Shown here: positions 1 through 12,052 of the stretch, in pieces | Numbering within the stretch: position 1 is the first letter of the stretch | Layout: the number at the start of each line of letters is the position of its first letter | Origin: Macrostomum lignano | Taxonomy: Eukaryota | Assembly (NCBI GenBank): GCA_002269645.1 | Contig: NIVC01003525.1 | Coordinates: 1 to 56,051, forward strand | DNA length: 56,051 bases | Direction of reading: 5' to 3' | The notes under the pieces: generated by a model | Told to the model about the DNA's origin: nothing | Database searches by the model: none | Seen by the model: the letters and a program-made list of their open reading frames with translations, nothing else | Translations under genes and position numbers: made by a program

Positions 1-2055
1 AAGATATAATTAAACGCTGTTAGTAATTGTGCAAAAATGTTGCAAATTTCGCAAAAATGCAATCTTACAAGAAAGCCTTTTTAAATAAATGATATTAAAT
101 GCACACATCCATTATACGAAGTAATCAGTCTTCGGTTTGTCAACGAAAAAAACAATCACTTCTTGCTGCTAAAGTAGAGACTGTGACTTTCTTGCCTCTC
201 CAACGGGGGGGCAGATTTCTAGTTACTATACTAAGCAGAGATCTAGCTTTATCTTTTAACTATAGCCACTTTGCGCATTATATTACCGCATGTTCGTGCA
301 ATTGTTTCAGTTAAAAGTGTCAAGTGTCTTTTCTACTCATTTTTATCACCCCACTTGGCCACGCTGTCGTGTCCCCTGGCATCTAGAGGTCGCAGCCTTA
401 ATTTTACGGCGGCACACAACCTGGCTACAAACGGACACCAAACCTCGATAATTATCTGGGGGCGCGATTCGAATTTGTTAAATATTTATTGACGGCCTGA
501 CAAACTGCCTGAAAGACAGGCAAAGATAATTTGAGAAAGAGATAAGAACTTTGGTCACCAGTGTAAAGCATAAAGCAATTTTGCACGGTTCTGTTAATAG
601 CATAGGCGTCTGATTCTTTGAAAAGATATTACAAAGCTGGTAACCTGACAGAGCTGCACTGCTACAGATGCACCCATGGCCTTCGTGGGAAAGCAAAGAT
701 TATGGTTTTAAACTGCCCCGAACACCAGAAACTGTGATTGTCATGCATCAGTCATAAAAATTTGGACTTTTGCTACAAATTCTTTCAAATTTTATAAACA
801 TAAATAATTAAATTGGACGCCTCGTTGATGGCTTTTCGAAGCAAACCTGGCTAAAAAAGCTTCAGTATAGGTATCCAAATTAATTTAATGACGTTTCTAG
901 GGTAGACGATGCTCAATTTTTATGAAATAGCAAGCAAAAATTATTCAACGCAAAAGCTAACTGCGCTGTTTATTTGCGCTGCGTTCTACGAATCTTACGG
1001 TGGCGTAATAAAACCCCAATAGGCGCTACCAGACAATCTACGTGCTGTCTTGGGAAACTTGTTCGGTGGAGGGAGAACCCTTCTACGTGTAGCGAACTGC
1101 AGCTGCACAGCCCATCAAATTGCATGGAAATCCTCGGGAAGAAATCCTCGGGAAGATCGCTAAACTGCGCATAGCAGGGATTCAGGATGGCGGTGGGAAT
1201 AGAAGAAATCATATAGACGAAATGCTTAAGTGAAGTAGGCAGGGTAAGAGAGTTAGGAGGGCAAAGTCGGCTGTTGCAAGAGGAGCCTCGCAGATTCGCA
1301 GAGACGGTTGAAAATCAATCTTTGCGCAGCGACCAGACGAAGCGGTGACGCACAAACCAAATTAGTCACCGCTTTAAGCTTTCCCAGCGTGCACACGTTT
1401 ACAGAATTCAAAGGGAAACTAAAGCAGTAGATGCTGGAATTCTGGATTCGTGTGCACAGCCTTCATAACTGAGGTGAAAATGTTTCAAAATCTGAAGGAA
1501 ATGCTTTTTCGTTGATTAGTCAAGCAGCTTTTTATCTTAGACAGCAAGCAAAACAAATGCTGACTTGACCCGAGAAAGCCGAAGTTCGGATTGGTCGAAA
1601 TTTTCTCGAGTATTTATTGGTCTCAGTTAGTTTCAAGCTGTATTGTTTGATTCCCTTATCAGCTGATAGGAAGCAAGTTCCAGAATGATCCAGGCACCCC
1701 AGTCTGCCCAGCCGGTTTATTTTTTTACCCTTTATTACATTATTCACCGAGTCAAGGCTTTACGAGTCTTGACTTGTTTTCAACCATATTCATCGTTTTA
1801 AATCAGCTCTTTTAAAGCGTCACAATGGGCTTTGGCTAGACAGCCAACCCTCTCCCCTTTGACAAGAACAGTGCATTACATGTTTTTTAATGCAAAAGCT
1901 GCTCATTCATCTTGTTGTCTTCAGCCCTCGTCGGCACGGGCGCTAAAATACATTGCACTCCCACGCATACTGTCAGAGTAGCAAGCCGAGGATGGAACAC
2001 AGCAGCTGTTCATGCAAACATGCGGCCATGGGACGCATCCTTGTACTACGAGCTA

Positions 2056-5000
2056 TTAATAGCATGTTCTTACCTCGCAGAAGGCACCCTGGTACGGATC
2101 CGGACAGAGTGTACACCGCTCTACAGGAGCGGGATCTGAGCCCGAAGTCGCTGTAGCCTCCTGATACTTGATGTCAAACAGACGCACATTCTGCTGTCCC
2201 TGGAATTGGTACACTCGGAAGAAGACTCCTCGCAGGTCAGTCAGGGCGGTCATCACATCCTGTCGGGTCACTGGGGATCCGTCAATCGCTCGCAGGTTCT
2301 GCTCGTCCAGAGTCACCGAGTAGCGGGTCTCCGGTGCGCGCCTGGTAGTTCGGTCCCAGTACACCAAAGTTTGACCTCGCCAGCCCTGACGTCACACCGA
2401 AATGATTCGAAAATAATAATTTAAATTTCTTAACTTCCTACGCATAAAAAAGTCAATTGATTACCTTTATTCCGAAAATCGGGAATGCAGTGTCCGCTCG
2501 AAGGCCCAGGTCCATTCGTACGTTGGCGCGGACGGTGAAACTGACCTTTCCGCCGTAGGCTGCCAGCTACAATGTTTGTGATCACGATTAGTTTTTCGGT
2601 TGCCTATTGCCTGGTTGCCACAGTCTACAGATAACTTGACATGTTCGATCGAAACGACATAATAACAAAAAATATCGCAACCAGGAGCACTATGCTTGAC
2701 AGGTAAATGTAGACACCGCGGACAATACAGAAAGATCAGTTATATCGTCATGGGATTCCCTGAGTAGCAACTTACAGTGTATGCACCACGAAACCGAAAG
2801 TACGTTCAATCAGACAGAAAGCTGTCAGTCGCCTCAAACTTACACGCTTTCCTGACAGGCTAGTGAGAAAAACGTATGAGTCATCGTCGTCTCGCAGTGC
2901 CCCCGAGCTGTCCCCGGTCGGGGCGACGGAAATCTCCGGCCCGCTCTCCACCGTCAGCTTCTCGTGCGATGTGGACTCCTCGTACACACCGTATAGGCCC
3001 CAGCCCATGAGGCGGACGGACGAAGCATCAATGGGTGTAACTTGTTTCTGCGGTCAGTGACAGAATTTTATTCGAAGCTGCTCACACTCGAGCCTCATCG
3101 CGAAAAATATGAGCTAATCCAATTATTGGTTACCTCCTTCAAAGAACAGGCCAGCATTCTCGCAGGCGTTGGAACGATCTGAGCAAAAGCAGGGCACGCA
3201 GCCATCAGGGTGGTCTTTCCTTAGACTGTGGTAACCCCGCTTGCACCTGTCACAGTTGGGGCCTTCTACGTTGGCCTGAAATTTGTTTAAAACAGTTTTA
3301 CAGCTTACAGTTTGTTCTTTTCTAATTTCTGAAAAATTATTTCTCCTTTGGATCTGCTTAAACTAAAGAAGCTATCGTTCCAGCAATAAATTTTCAGATT
3401 CACTGTGAATCGTAGAGGTCGGCTAAAGGTTTCGCAGCGTCACAACCAGTGTGTACCTTCTTAATATACGCATCGCCTCTGTACGAAAGAACTTAAAGAA
3501 AAGAAGGACCCTATTCATCTATTTATTGCTCAACTGCGCTCATTACTTTATGTCTGCTATTCGGTTTACTTAGTAGCAAGAATCAGAAGTTTCCCTACTT
3601 CTGTTTCTCACCCTGACACCATTCACCCTGAACACTCAAAAGCTCGATTGTATAAATCTGAGATGCTGGGGCCAACGCACGCACCTTGCAATTGCAGACG
3701 TTGTTCTGGCACACGCCGCCAATGCCGCAGGTTTTGTTACAGTCGACTCCGTTGCCGACTACAGTGAGCCAGTTTTCGTTGGATGCATGCAATACAGCCA
3801 TTATATACAATTCGATATGATTGAAATGACTGTGTACGTTTGTACGAGCGTACATGCTAAGTATTAGTTAAATTAAAACATTCCAAGTATTTTTGCGATA
3901 TTCTATTAAAAGTTTATAGATATTTATTTTAGCTTTTAAGTTTATTGACTAAAATATTATCGCCACAAATTAAAACTTTACTGCAACGAATTGGGTATAT
4001 TGTTCCTATTTTTATTGGTAAAGTCGTAGTGATAATAACAATCAATAATGTATTGAGAGTACTAAATAAAATTATGAAAGCTTAAGCGCATAATTTGCAT
4101 AATTCTATTTACTAAGAATTTACGTGTAACAAAGCAGCTACAAATGAAAAGATGCAAGCCAGAATAGCGTTACTGACTTTGCGCGGAATATCATGCAATC
4201 TGATTTGCTTAGGTTGTTATAATCGGTGCAATAATTAGCTTTAAATTTAATTATTCTAATCAAGCAAAAAGCATGCAAAGAAACAAGCAAAAGCTGTGAA
4301 TCTACTTTATTTATTATCATTTTAATAACTAGAGTCAGTTCATACGAGCAGCCACTGTCTTTTAATTTTTTCTCATAAATTTTTTGTTCAACTGCTGTTG
4401 CTGCGCCGCTACCGCCTCGGGCAATTTGGACCGATCTGACCAATCAGCAAATCATGGTTGCACTACAGTGGATAATGAAGGGAGAGCAAAATGATATTGT
4501 TAAGTTGCTGATCAGTTAATGAATCGAAATCAAGTACTGAACGCGCAAAATCATGCTTGTCTTTATAGAAATCATGCAAAAATTTGAATTCTTTTCATCA
4601 AAAGACGTATTAAAATCTAAAGTTTTACTGTTTTTCAATTCACTCCTTTCCAACTATCCAAAATTTGCTTACGTAGATAAAGAAAACTACATCTATTGCG
4701 AACAAGGAAGTTAAGCGAATTCCTTAAAAAAAATGCCCGTCGTGCGTTTTACTCACCCTTGACATCAAAGATTGGCGACAGCTGCCTCTTGCACTTGGTA
4801 ACTGCTTCGCAGTTGTAAAGACATTCGTCCGCTCTCGTGAAGTTCTCAATCACTAGAGTGCCTTCCACTTCATATGTGTTATCCGGGTTGCGACGGACAA
4901 CTCGGTTTGATTCTTTCATCCGGGTCTCGTCGCGCAGTTTGCCCCAATTGCACCGCCAGTTGATGGTTGGTCGCTCGTTGCCAACGGCTCGGCATGTGAG

Positions 5001-8000
5001 CGTCACCCGGGAGCCTTCGCGCTGCTCAACAAGCCGCCTGCTCGTGGGCTCGGTCAAGGCCAGGGAGCAGCACGCGTTCTCATCCTCGCTAGTTGCACAG
5101 TCGTTCTCAGCGTCGCACTCGTACGCCCGAACAATACACTTGTCGTTTGAGTTGCAACAGGTTGAGTTATGAGGACAGTTTAGCCAGGGCTTGTTGATGC
5201 ATGTGTTAGCTGCGGGGTTTTTTATTGAGCGACTCTGAGCACGAATATAAGAGCCTTTTAAAGAAATAAATAAATTATCATATGCACAAGAACTCACTGC
5301 ACCACTTCTTGGATAAGGGAGACTCTTCATCGTAACCGTTCTCGCAGTCGTCCGTGCCGTCACACAGCCAGTGTTTCAAAACGCAGTTTCGAGCCGGACG
5401 CACGCCTTTCCAATCCTGACATGGGACCTCGTTCGGTTCGCAAGGAGCTGTTGGTGAGGTGGAAAAATAGACAAGCAGTAATTGATGCGCTTTCTGAATT
5501 TCAGATTCACATCAACTAATAAAAACAGTTAAGCGGTTCAAAACGCCAGGGAATCCCTAATAAGTATATGAGAACTCACAGCAGAGAGCTGGATGCTCGT
5601 CGGATCGGTCAGCACATTCGGTCACTCCGTTACAGACGATACTCCGGTCTCTACAGCGGTTGTCGCACATGAACTGGCTTGTCTCGCACCAATTGATGTT
5701 CACTTCAGAGGACTTTACCCTCTGGTTGGTGTTGCTGACGTCGTGAATGCAAAAATATGAGCCAGAGTTGCTAGCGGTTGGGTTATCGAAGACAAATCGA
5801 AAAGTGCCAGGTCCAACTGACACAGCTCTGTATGACATCACCGTGCCTCTGAATGTAAGCTTTACATTCTCAGGACGAATTGCGAGATTTTTGTAGTTAG
5901 TGAAATTGCAAATAAACTCGGTTGTTTGTCCAACTACTTTTGCCATGGTTGGGGTTCCAGATTTTGGTGAAACAAGCGATCCATCGATTTTAATGTCCAA
6001 GCTCACTGAAAAGTTACGCGAAATCATAAAAGTTAAATAAAGGATCTAAAAAGTAATCAAGTATATAGTGTTCTCCTCAAGATTCCTAACGGTCTGGAAA
6101 AATCTTACGCGGGTCGCTGACCAGTGGAACCGGGTCAGAGTACTTTCGGATGCCCGTACTCGGGTCGACCCCGGAGCAGCGGTACCACTTATTCGGCTGG
6201 TCGTAGCTTTGATAAATCGTTTTCATGCCGGTCAAAACTCTGTGAGGACTTTTCGGCGGGCCGATGGGATCGGTTTTTTTGTCGTTAATGTGAAACTTGA
6301 TGTCTCCCAGACGCGTGTCGTGCGTGCAGTTTACTTCAGCGAAATTATCGATCTTATAGTACTTATCGACAGTGATGCCTGAAATTTTAGTTTGTTCAGT
6401 ATTGATACTACTTATGAATTTTCGACAGTGCTTGTATAATCTATATACGTATTTTGTCATTAACTCTATTATTTTTTCCTATAGTTCACGCTGCTAGACA
6501 AATCGATGCCCTCTTTAGCTTCTTTTCATTAGCTAATTAGTAATTACTAATTTGCATCGGCTGCGCTGATCTCAGCGTCACATAGTCCAGTTCGTCTCCT
6601 AGGCGGCACTCCAGACGGTAGTTGTTGAATCTCGGGTTGTCACGAAATTTAATAGTCACCAGCTGGCTAGAGCCCGAGTCTTTGATTGAGGTCTCGAAGC
6701 CGCCGGATTCCCGATTCACGGAAATGTCGAAGGATGGCGAGCCGTCAGACGGAACGACCCGCCAGATGACGTCCTTTAGCTCGCCTCCAATAGGGATTTC
6801 GCACTCCAGCTCGTTGTCGGCTCCAGGATTTCTGGCTAAATCATAAATAGCCTTTCCGTACTCGTGAATCGTTGGCACTGGAATAAATGATGACAGTTTT
6901 TTCAGCTCACGGACTCGATATTTTGTAAGGTTTCAGTTGTCGATCATGGCTAGCATATCTCATAGATCTGATTTGCAAATAATAGTATTGCTTACCAATG
7001 ACCCGAATGTCCAGGAAGGCGTACTTCACAGTGCCCCCCACCATGCACCGGTAATAGCCTTTGTTCTTCACGTCGCAGTTTTTGACAGACAGCACGGACG
7101 AGTCAGGATTTTCTTGAATTTCTACTCCACCTTGCCCGCTTAAATCGCTGTACTGGCTGGGGGATGTAGTGGTGTTGTCTCGAAAATACCACTGAGTGCT
7201 GTCACTTGGCGTCACCTTGTGGCACTCGAATGCCACTTTGCTCTTCGGCGTAACGGAGATCGGCACGCTGGCAACATCAGTTGGCAGACCTCGCATGCTA
7301 TCTAGAAATTTGCAGAATTGTTTAGCAGTTGCGTTTTTAAACACATTGTCAATGGGACTTGAGATCTGACTCAAACCAATGCGGCAGTTGACCGCATCCG
7401 CTCACGGATATTTTTTTTTGGGGGGGGGGGGCACACTCACTAATACCACAGAACTAAAGTGGAAAATACCGAATAAATCCACCTAGAAGGCATACTCGTA
7501 CACTGTTGCTATAAGAAAGTCCTAACAATGAGAAGTCAAATTTTGCTCATGATTCGGACGCAGCTCATAAAGCTATCAAGCTAGGCAGTTCCTTAGTTGG
7601 TTCTAATTTTGATTTTTGGCTTCATATAGGTTTGAATTTAAAATATTGTAAGGCATATTTACGTTCGTAGACATTTGTCATTCGGCCGTCAATCATCTGC
7701 TGGACGGGATCTTTCACAACTTTAAAGGCCTGGTAGGAGACGGACGTGTCAGAGGGATCGGCGCACTTGTAATATGTGAAGCCGCTGCCGTGCTCCCGGT
7801 TGAGCTCGGAGTAGCTCAGGACCAGCTGCCTACCCGTCTGTCCAGGTATCTCGTCGAACTTAAAATTTTGATCGTTGTACTTGTACCACTTGATCGAACC
7901 GGAGCCGGAGCGGAGCATGCAGGTCAAGGACACGTCACGGTTCAGCGCGGCAGCCACCTCAGTTGTCCGATCGTCGGGCGGCACTACAGAAGAAATCAAA

Positions 8001-8606
8001 AATAATTTTTTTTTCAGACAAAAAATGCGTAAAATGCAGTAAAACTGCTCTGTTAACATTACAATGGTATACATGAGAATTTGTCTTGTACACCACATTT
8101 CTAACCAAACTCGGTTACAGTCTCCGAGTCTTCTTCGTAAGAAGGTTATAATTGACAATAGATACAAGTAATTCTAAATCTGGTTGTATCAGCTGGTAGT
8201 TAACTTTGCTAAAAATAAATAGTGAGGAGGGCTTCAATGTGCAAAGATACTCACTCTCAGTGATGACAAACTTCATAGCTCGGTAAAGGTTTGGAGATAT
8301 TGCCGGGTCAGCAATGCAGAGATACGTTCCGTATTTGTTGGGATCGCTTCCGCTCAGAGTCAAAGAGGGATCGTTTCCTATAACAAAGCTGTCTTTCACC
8401 CAGCCCTTGAATCGCCCCGGCGGTGACACGTTGCATCTCAGCACCATCCTACCGGCTTGGGCTTGGTGACGCTTCACCGTCACCACGGAGACCTCCGAAA
8501 AGAATGGGTCATTTATATTCAGCAACTGGGCCTCGACTCCCAACTGCGCTGAGAGCAGGAAGCCGAGAAGCAAAATTAAGCAGGCCATGGCCGCGGACTG
8601 TCCCAT
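2056..8606 (-). CDS. Perlecan-like (HSPG2/UNC-52/trol-related) secreted basement-membrane protein, 13 exons, ~1145-1150 aa within the window
   Basis: Hand-spliced exons: 8255-8606, 7663-7983, 6996-7301, 6548-6877, 6109-6378, 5580-6005, 5298-5447, 4757-5209, 3685-3758, 3134-3275, 2844-3040, 2465-2566, 2074-2385. These sum to 3435 nt (1145 codons). Signal peptide MGQSAAMACLILLLGFLLSAQLGVEA. Six Ig-like exons in phase 1-1. Three LDLa modules (CETSQFMC..CNGVTECADRSDE; PCEPNEVPC..CDGTDDCENGYDE; CPHNSTC..CDAENDCATSEDE). Perlecan-type Ig TLTCRAVG..PTINWRCNWG. Laminin EGF CKANVEGPNCDRCKRGY..DGCVPCFC. Laminin IV SGKRLAAYGGKVSFTV..RQDVMTALTDL. The exon 11 acceptor (AAG at 3041) and the 3' end are less certain. 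Confidence 0.85.
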
Positions 8607-8779
8607 GGCTGTGGGTGCCTGGCTGTTCCTTGTGCAACACAGTTAGCAAGCTCACAGATACGCTGTGAATCAAGTTTCCGACCTGCAAACACTATAACAG
8701 ACGTCGCGCGTGTCTGGGTTTATCGTGGAGCCAGTTTTATTTGCATTTTCTACAACCGGACAGCCAAATGGCAGGTCCC

Positions 8780-8835
8780 GGGTTTCTTATTGGTTGGAGG
8801 CGGAAAGATTTAACAGCGTACCTACGATTGGATCT
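8780..8835 (-). promoter_or_regulatory. Candidate proximal promoter of the perlecan-like gene (two CCAAT boxes)
   Basis: ATTGG at ~8788 and GATTGG at ~8826 read as CCAAT on the minus strand, ~180-220 bp upstream of the ATG at 8606. Motif evidence only. Confidence 0.3.
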
Positions 8836-9684
8836 GTTGTATAGTAGACAGCAAGAGCCAAAGAACTGAAAACTTCAGTTCAATTCTGGTGCGTGAAGGC
8901 AGACCCTGACTAGCAGTTTTTAACTAGAAATTCGAGTGCATTAAACAGAAGCAGACTGGAACTGCACTAAAAGAAAATACCTCTTCAACTCGTACAAGGC
9001 CAAAGTTGAAGACAAAAATTCGAGGAAAACATCGGGCATGATTCATCGTCGTCGAACAGTGCCACCACGTGGTTAACTTCAAAATGTCATTGAAATAGAG
9101 CATCGATTCTTTCATTTTTTGAAAAAGCTTTCTACAAAAAACTGATAATAAACATGCATCTAATTATTTTGACGCGTGGCCCCTCTCATCAGGTTTATTT
9201 TGTAGAATAACGAACTGATGTGGTTGAATATTAGGGTGACATGCTGCAGCAGATGTTTCATCCAGTCATTTCTGGTTCTACGAGCTAGTATGCAGCGAAA
9301 CAGCCTGCTGCTACCACAAACCTAAAAAACGCTTCGGAATTATCGACGACTGTCGACTTAAAACATAAATTCTTGAAACTGTCTACTACAAGTAATTTAG
9401 TAAAGAAATGCAGTCAGGTCAAAATGCACAATATTAAATCTGAGTCGGCTCCCGTCCTGATCCGTTTTTTGGTAATTTTGTACCTTGATGCTCTTTCATA
9501 GCTGTTGAGTGGTGTCTCTGTGTGTCAAGTCTAATATCTTTCCGGGCTCGATTCTAACTCTGTCCTCGATCGCGCACTCAACCACATCCCCTTTGTACTC
9601 GTACATTTGCAGAACGCAGAGCCCCAATTTAATGTCGATGTTATCTTCTTATGATGGGTTCGGCCTTTTTAAGCCTATAGCTTT

Positions 9685-10080
9685 GGGCCTCAGAATTCAG
9701 AAATGAATCACTTAGAACTCTGGCCTCTCATTCCTGTCAGATGGTCAGCCCCATGGTAGCTAGATTGTGGGCTAGTAGCAAGGTCCTATAGCTAGGAGGA
9801 GACAGCGAGAGACAAGCAGGGAGAATTTGAAAGGTAGAGATTAGCTAATCCGCAGATTAACTAACCCGCTGCCGCCAGTCCGTGCGCCCCGGCTCACCAA
9901 ACCGGAGCTATCGAAATCGGACTTCTGACTAGAGGGGCACTGCACTTACCTGCCATCTAGTGTCTTTTAGCTGTCTATCTCGAAGTCATAGCCGAATAGA
10001 AGGGACGCTGCTGGGACTAAGATCGCGTTGGCGATTCAGGGACAGAGAGGACTTTTGCAGGGGGTTCTTGCGCTGGCGAG
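9685..10080 (-). repeat. Dispersed repeat family A, copy 1 (unclassified; leader exon plus intron-like segment)
   Basis: Colinear, roughly 75-80% similar by eye to 13349-13712 (shared CCTGTCAGATGGTCAGCCCCATGGTAGCT and TCTCGAAGTCATAGCCGA). Contains a consensus minus-strand donor CAG|GTAAGT at ~9944-9952. Confidence 0.75.
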
Positions 10081-10119
10081 CCTTCATACACTACTAAAAG
10101 TCTCGAGCGTGGTTCGAGT

Positions 10120-10335
10120 TGCCGCCTTTTATAGCTCTCACGCGGCCGATTTGTTACAACGCACGCCGAAATTTCCGATTGGCTGAGAGCTTTTGTTAAA
10201 ATAGGCGCCGAATTTTCTGATTGGTCGAGCCGGGGGCAGTCAGGTCGACTCTGATTGGCTAAGCTCAAGACCCCAAAACCCACCCCACGAGGTGGCCTTC
10301 AGACCCCAGGGAAGATGACAGGTGCGGTCATATAT
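10120..10335 (-). promoter_or_regulatory. Pol II-type promoter module (3 CCAAT boxes plus TATAAAAG) within the repeat family
   Basis: Minus strand: CCAATC at ~10178-10183, ~10219-10223 and ~10253-10258, then TATAAAAGG at ~10125-10133. A related module occurs at 23315-23510. Confidence 0.55.
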
Positions 10336-10515
10336 CATGCGCAAAACATAATAAAAGCCACTAGTCTAGACACCCTGGCGCCAAAAGTGACAGCAAAACA
10401 CATAAATTAAAGGAGAAAGTAACAGAGCGAGTGGGGAGAAGGCTGGAAAGACCTCTTTGACCCAGACAGGCTGGAACCAAAAGTGTCAGCTAGACCGCCA
10501 TAAATCACTGAAAAC

Positions 10516-11092
10516 CAGGGTTTTTTTTTACCCCAATTAGTACCCCATGGGGTATTAGTCAACTGATTTGGGGTACTATTTTGCCCATTAATACCCCAGA
10601 ATGGGGTACTATTTTTTCGACTTTAATTCAAACAAGTTAAGCTTTTTTCTAAAATTTGCTGTTCAATTAAAATTCTGACTGGGCTGGTATGGGTCTTTGT
10701 ACTAAGGTATATCCACTCGTGTGGTGAGTCAGACTGTCAGGCTAAAACTCTAAAAGTGAGAGAGGGTTGGAATTGGAAACTTGGAATTAGATTTAGATTA
10801 GATTGCGATACTGCAACGCCATCTAACTTACTTGAAATTTCGAAATCTAGCTTGTTCAGCCTTCAACGAAAGACACAAGAATGCAGTCAAACATTAGCAG
10901 CTGTGTTTTAACTCTGAATATAGTCTTGATTAAGTTATTTGACTGCGCCAGAATCAATTTTTATAAGAATTCAAGTAAACTACAGAGGCAAAATTAGAAA
11001 TTTCATGGGGTATTACTCCTCCAAAATGGGGTACTACTCAGAGGCTTGATACCCCAATTCGGGTACTAATCAATAGCGAAAAAAAAACACTG
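10516..11092. mobile_element. hAT-type MITE (non-autonomous, 577 bp)
   Basis: 8-bp TSD CTGAAAAC at 10508-10515 and 11093-11100. Imperfect TIRs CAG(G/T)GTTTTTTTTT..ATTAGTACCC. Several internal GGGGTA(C/T)T subterminal motifs. Confidence 0.8.
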
Positions 11093-11605
11093 CTGAAAAC
11101 AGTGAAAAAGCCGCAAATCTGGGGGTCAGAATGGGGTTGAAACCATTCCTCCCAGACTTAGTGTCGCCCGTCTAGACTGCTAGAGGTCAATCTGTCTCAG
11201 ACCCAGACAGTCTGACCTTCAAAGATGCGTAAACAATCCAAAATTAGAATCCTAAGAGAAGTACATTGAGTATTAATCATAACTAATAGTAGTGGCATAA
11301 ATTAGTGTAGAACTTAGCCTGGATGAGAGAATGGAGAAGAGATTCCTAAGCTAGCCTACTGACAGTAGGGGAAAAGCGCATCGAAGCAAAACGTGCAGTT
11401 CTAAGATTGAAAAAGGTGCGTCCTCATCCCTTACAGTAACTCATCATGCTCACAGCTAATATTATTCTTTCTGCAATGTGGGTCAGTGAGTGAGTAATCT
11501 GAGTTACATAAGCCTCTTTGAGATATCTATGCTAACCCGAGATTGAGGCCAGATCACCATGAGCCATCACTTTTCGTAAGCTGGTATTAACTATTGAGTC
11601 AGAAC

Positions 11606-12052
11606 TATGTGGCGTAGCCAAGGGGGGGCCGAGGGGCCGCCCCCCCCCCATCGCCGGGGTGGTGGGGTTGGGCGCGGCGGGTACCAAAAACGATGAGGCA
11701 ATTGAGTGCCTGCGGTGCTAAAATGAGTGCCTGCGGTGCTAAAATGAGTGCCTGCGGTGCTAAAATGAGTGCCTGCGGTGCTAAAATGAGTGCCTGCGGT
11801 GCTAAAATGAGTGCCTGCGGTGCTAAAATGAGTGCCTGTGGTGCTAAAATGAGTGCCTGCGGCGCTAAAATGAGTGCCTGCGGCGCTAAAATGAGTGCCT
11901 GCGGTGCTAAAATGAGTGCCTGCGGCGCTAAAATGAGTGCCTGCGGCGCCAAAATGAGTGCCTGCGGCGCCAAAAGTGGCAATGGCATAAGGCATGGCCA
12001 GCCAGGCCAACCCGCCCCCCCCCCCCAATTGAAATTCCTGGCTACGCCACCG
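11606..12052. mobile_element. hAT-type MITE with internal 21-bp tandem array
   Basis: 8-bp TSD GTCAGAAC at 11598-11605 and 12053-12060. TIR GTGGCGTAGCCA / TGGCTACGCCAC. G/C tracts inside both ends. Confidence 0.8.
11699..11975. repeat. 21-bp minisatellite (AAAATGAGTGCCTGCGGTGCT) x13
   Basis: Near-perfect head-to-tail units with no spacers; explains the MSACGAK/APQALIL repeat ORFs. Confidence 0.95.

Noticed and set aside
1-1900. Short ORFs at the window start
   Set aside because: No domain similarity or splice-supported continuation of the perlecan-like gene could be read.
2053-2073. A 21-nt GT..AG intron leading to a Cys-rich terminal exon at ~1920-2052
   Set aside because: Too short for a normal spliceosomal intron, and the peptide lacks the expected laminin-EGF continuation.
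9160-9200. CTGATGAG on the minus strand, a possible hammerhead ribozyme core
   Set aside because: No stem II followed by GAAA and no flanking helices.
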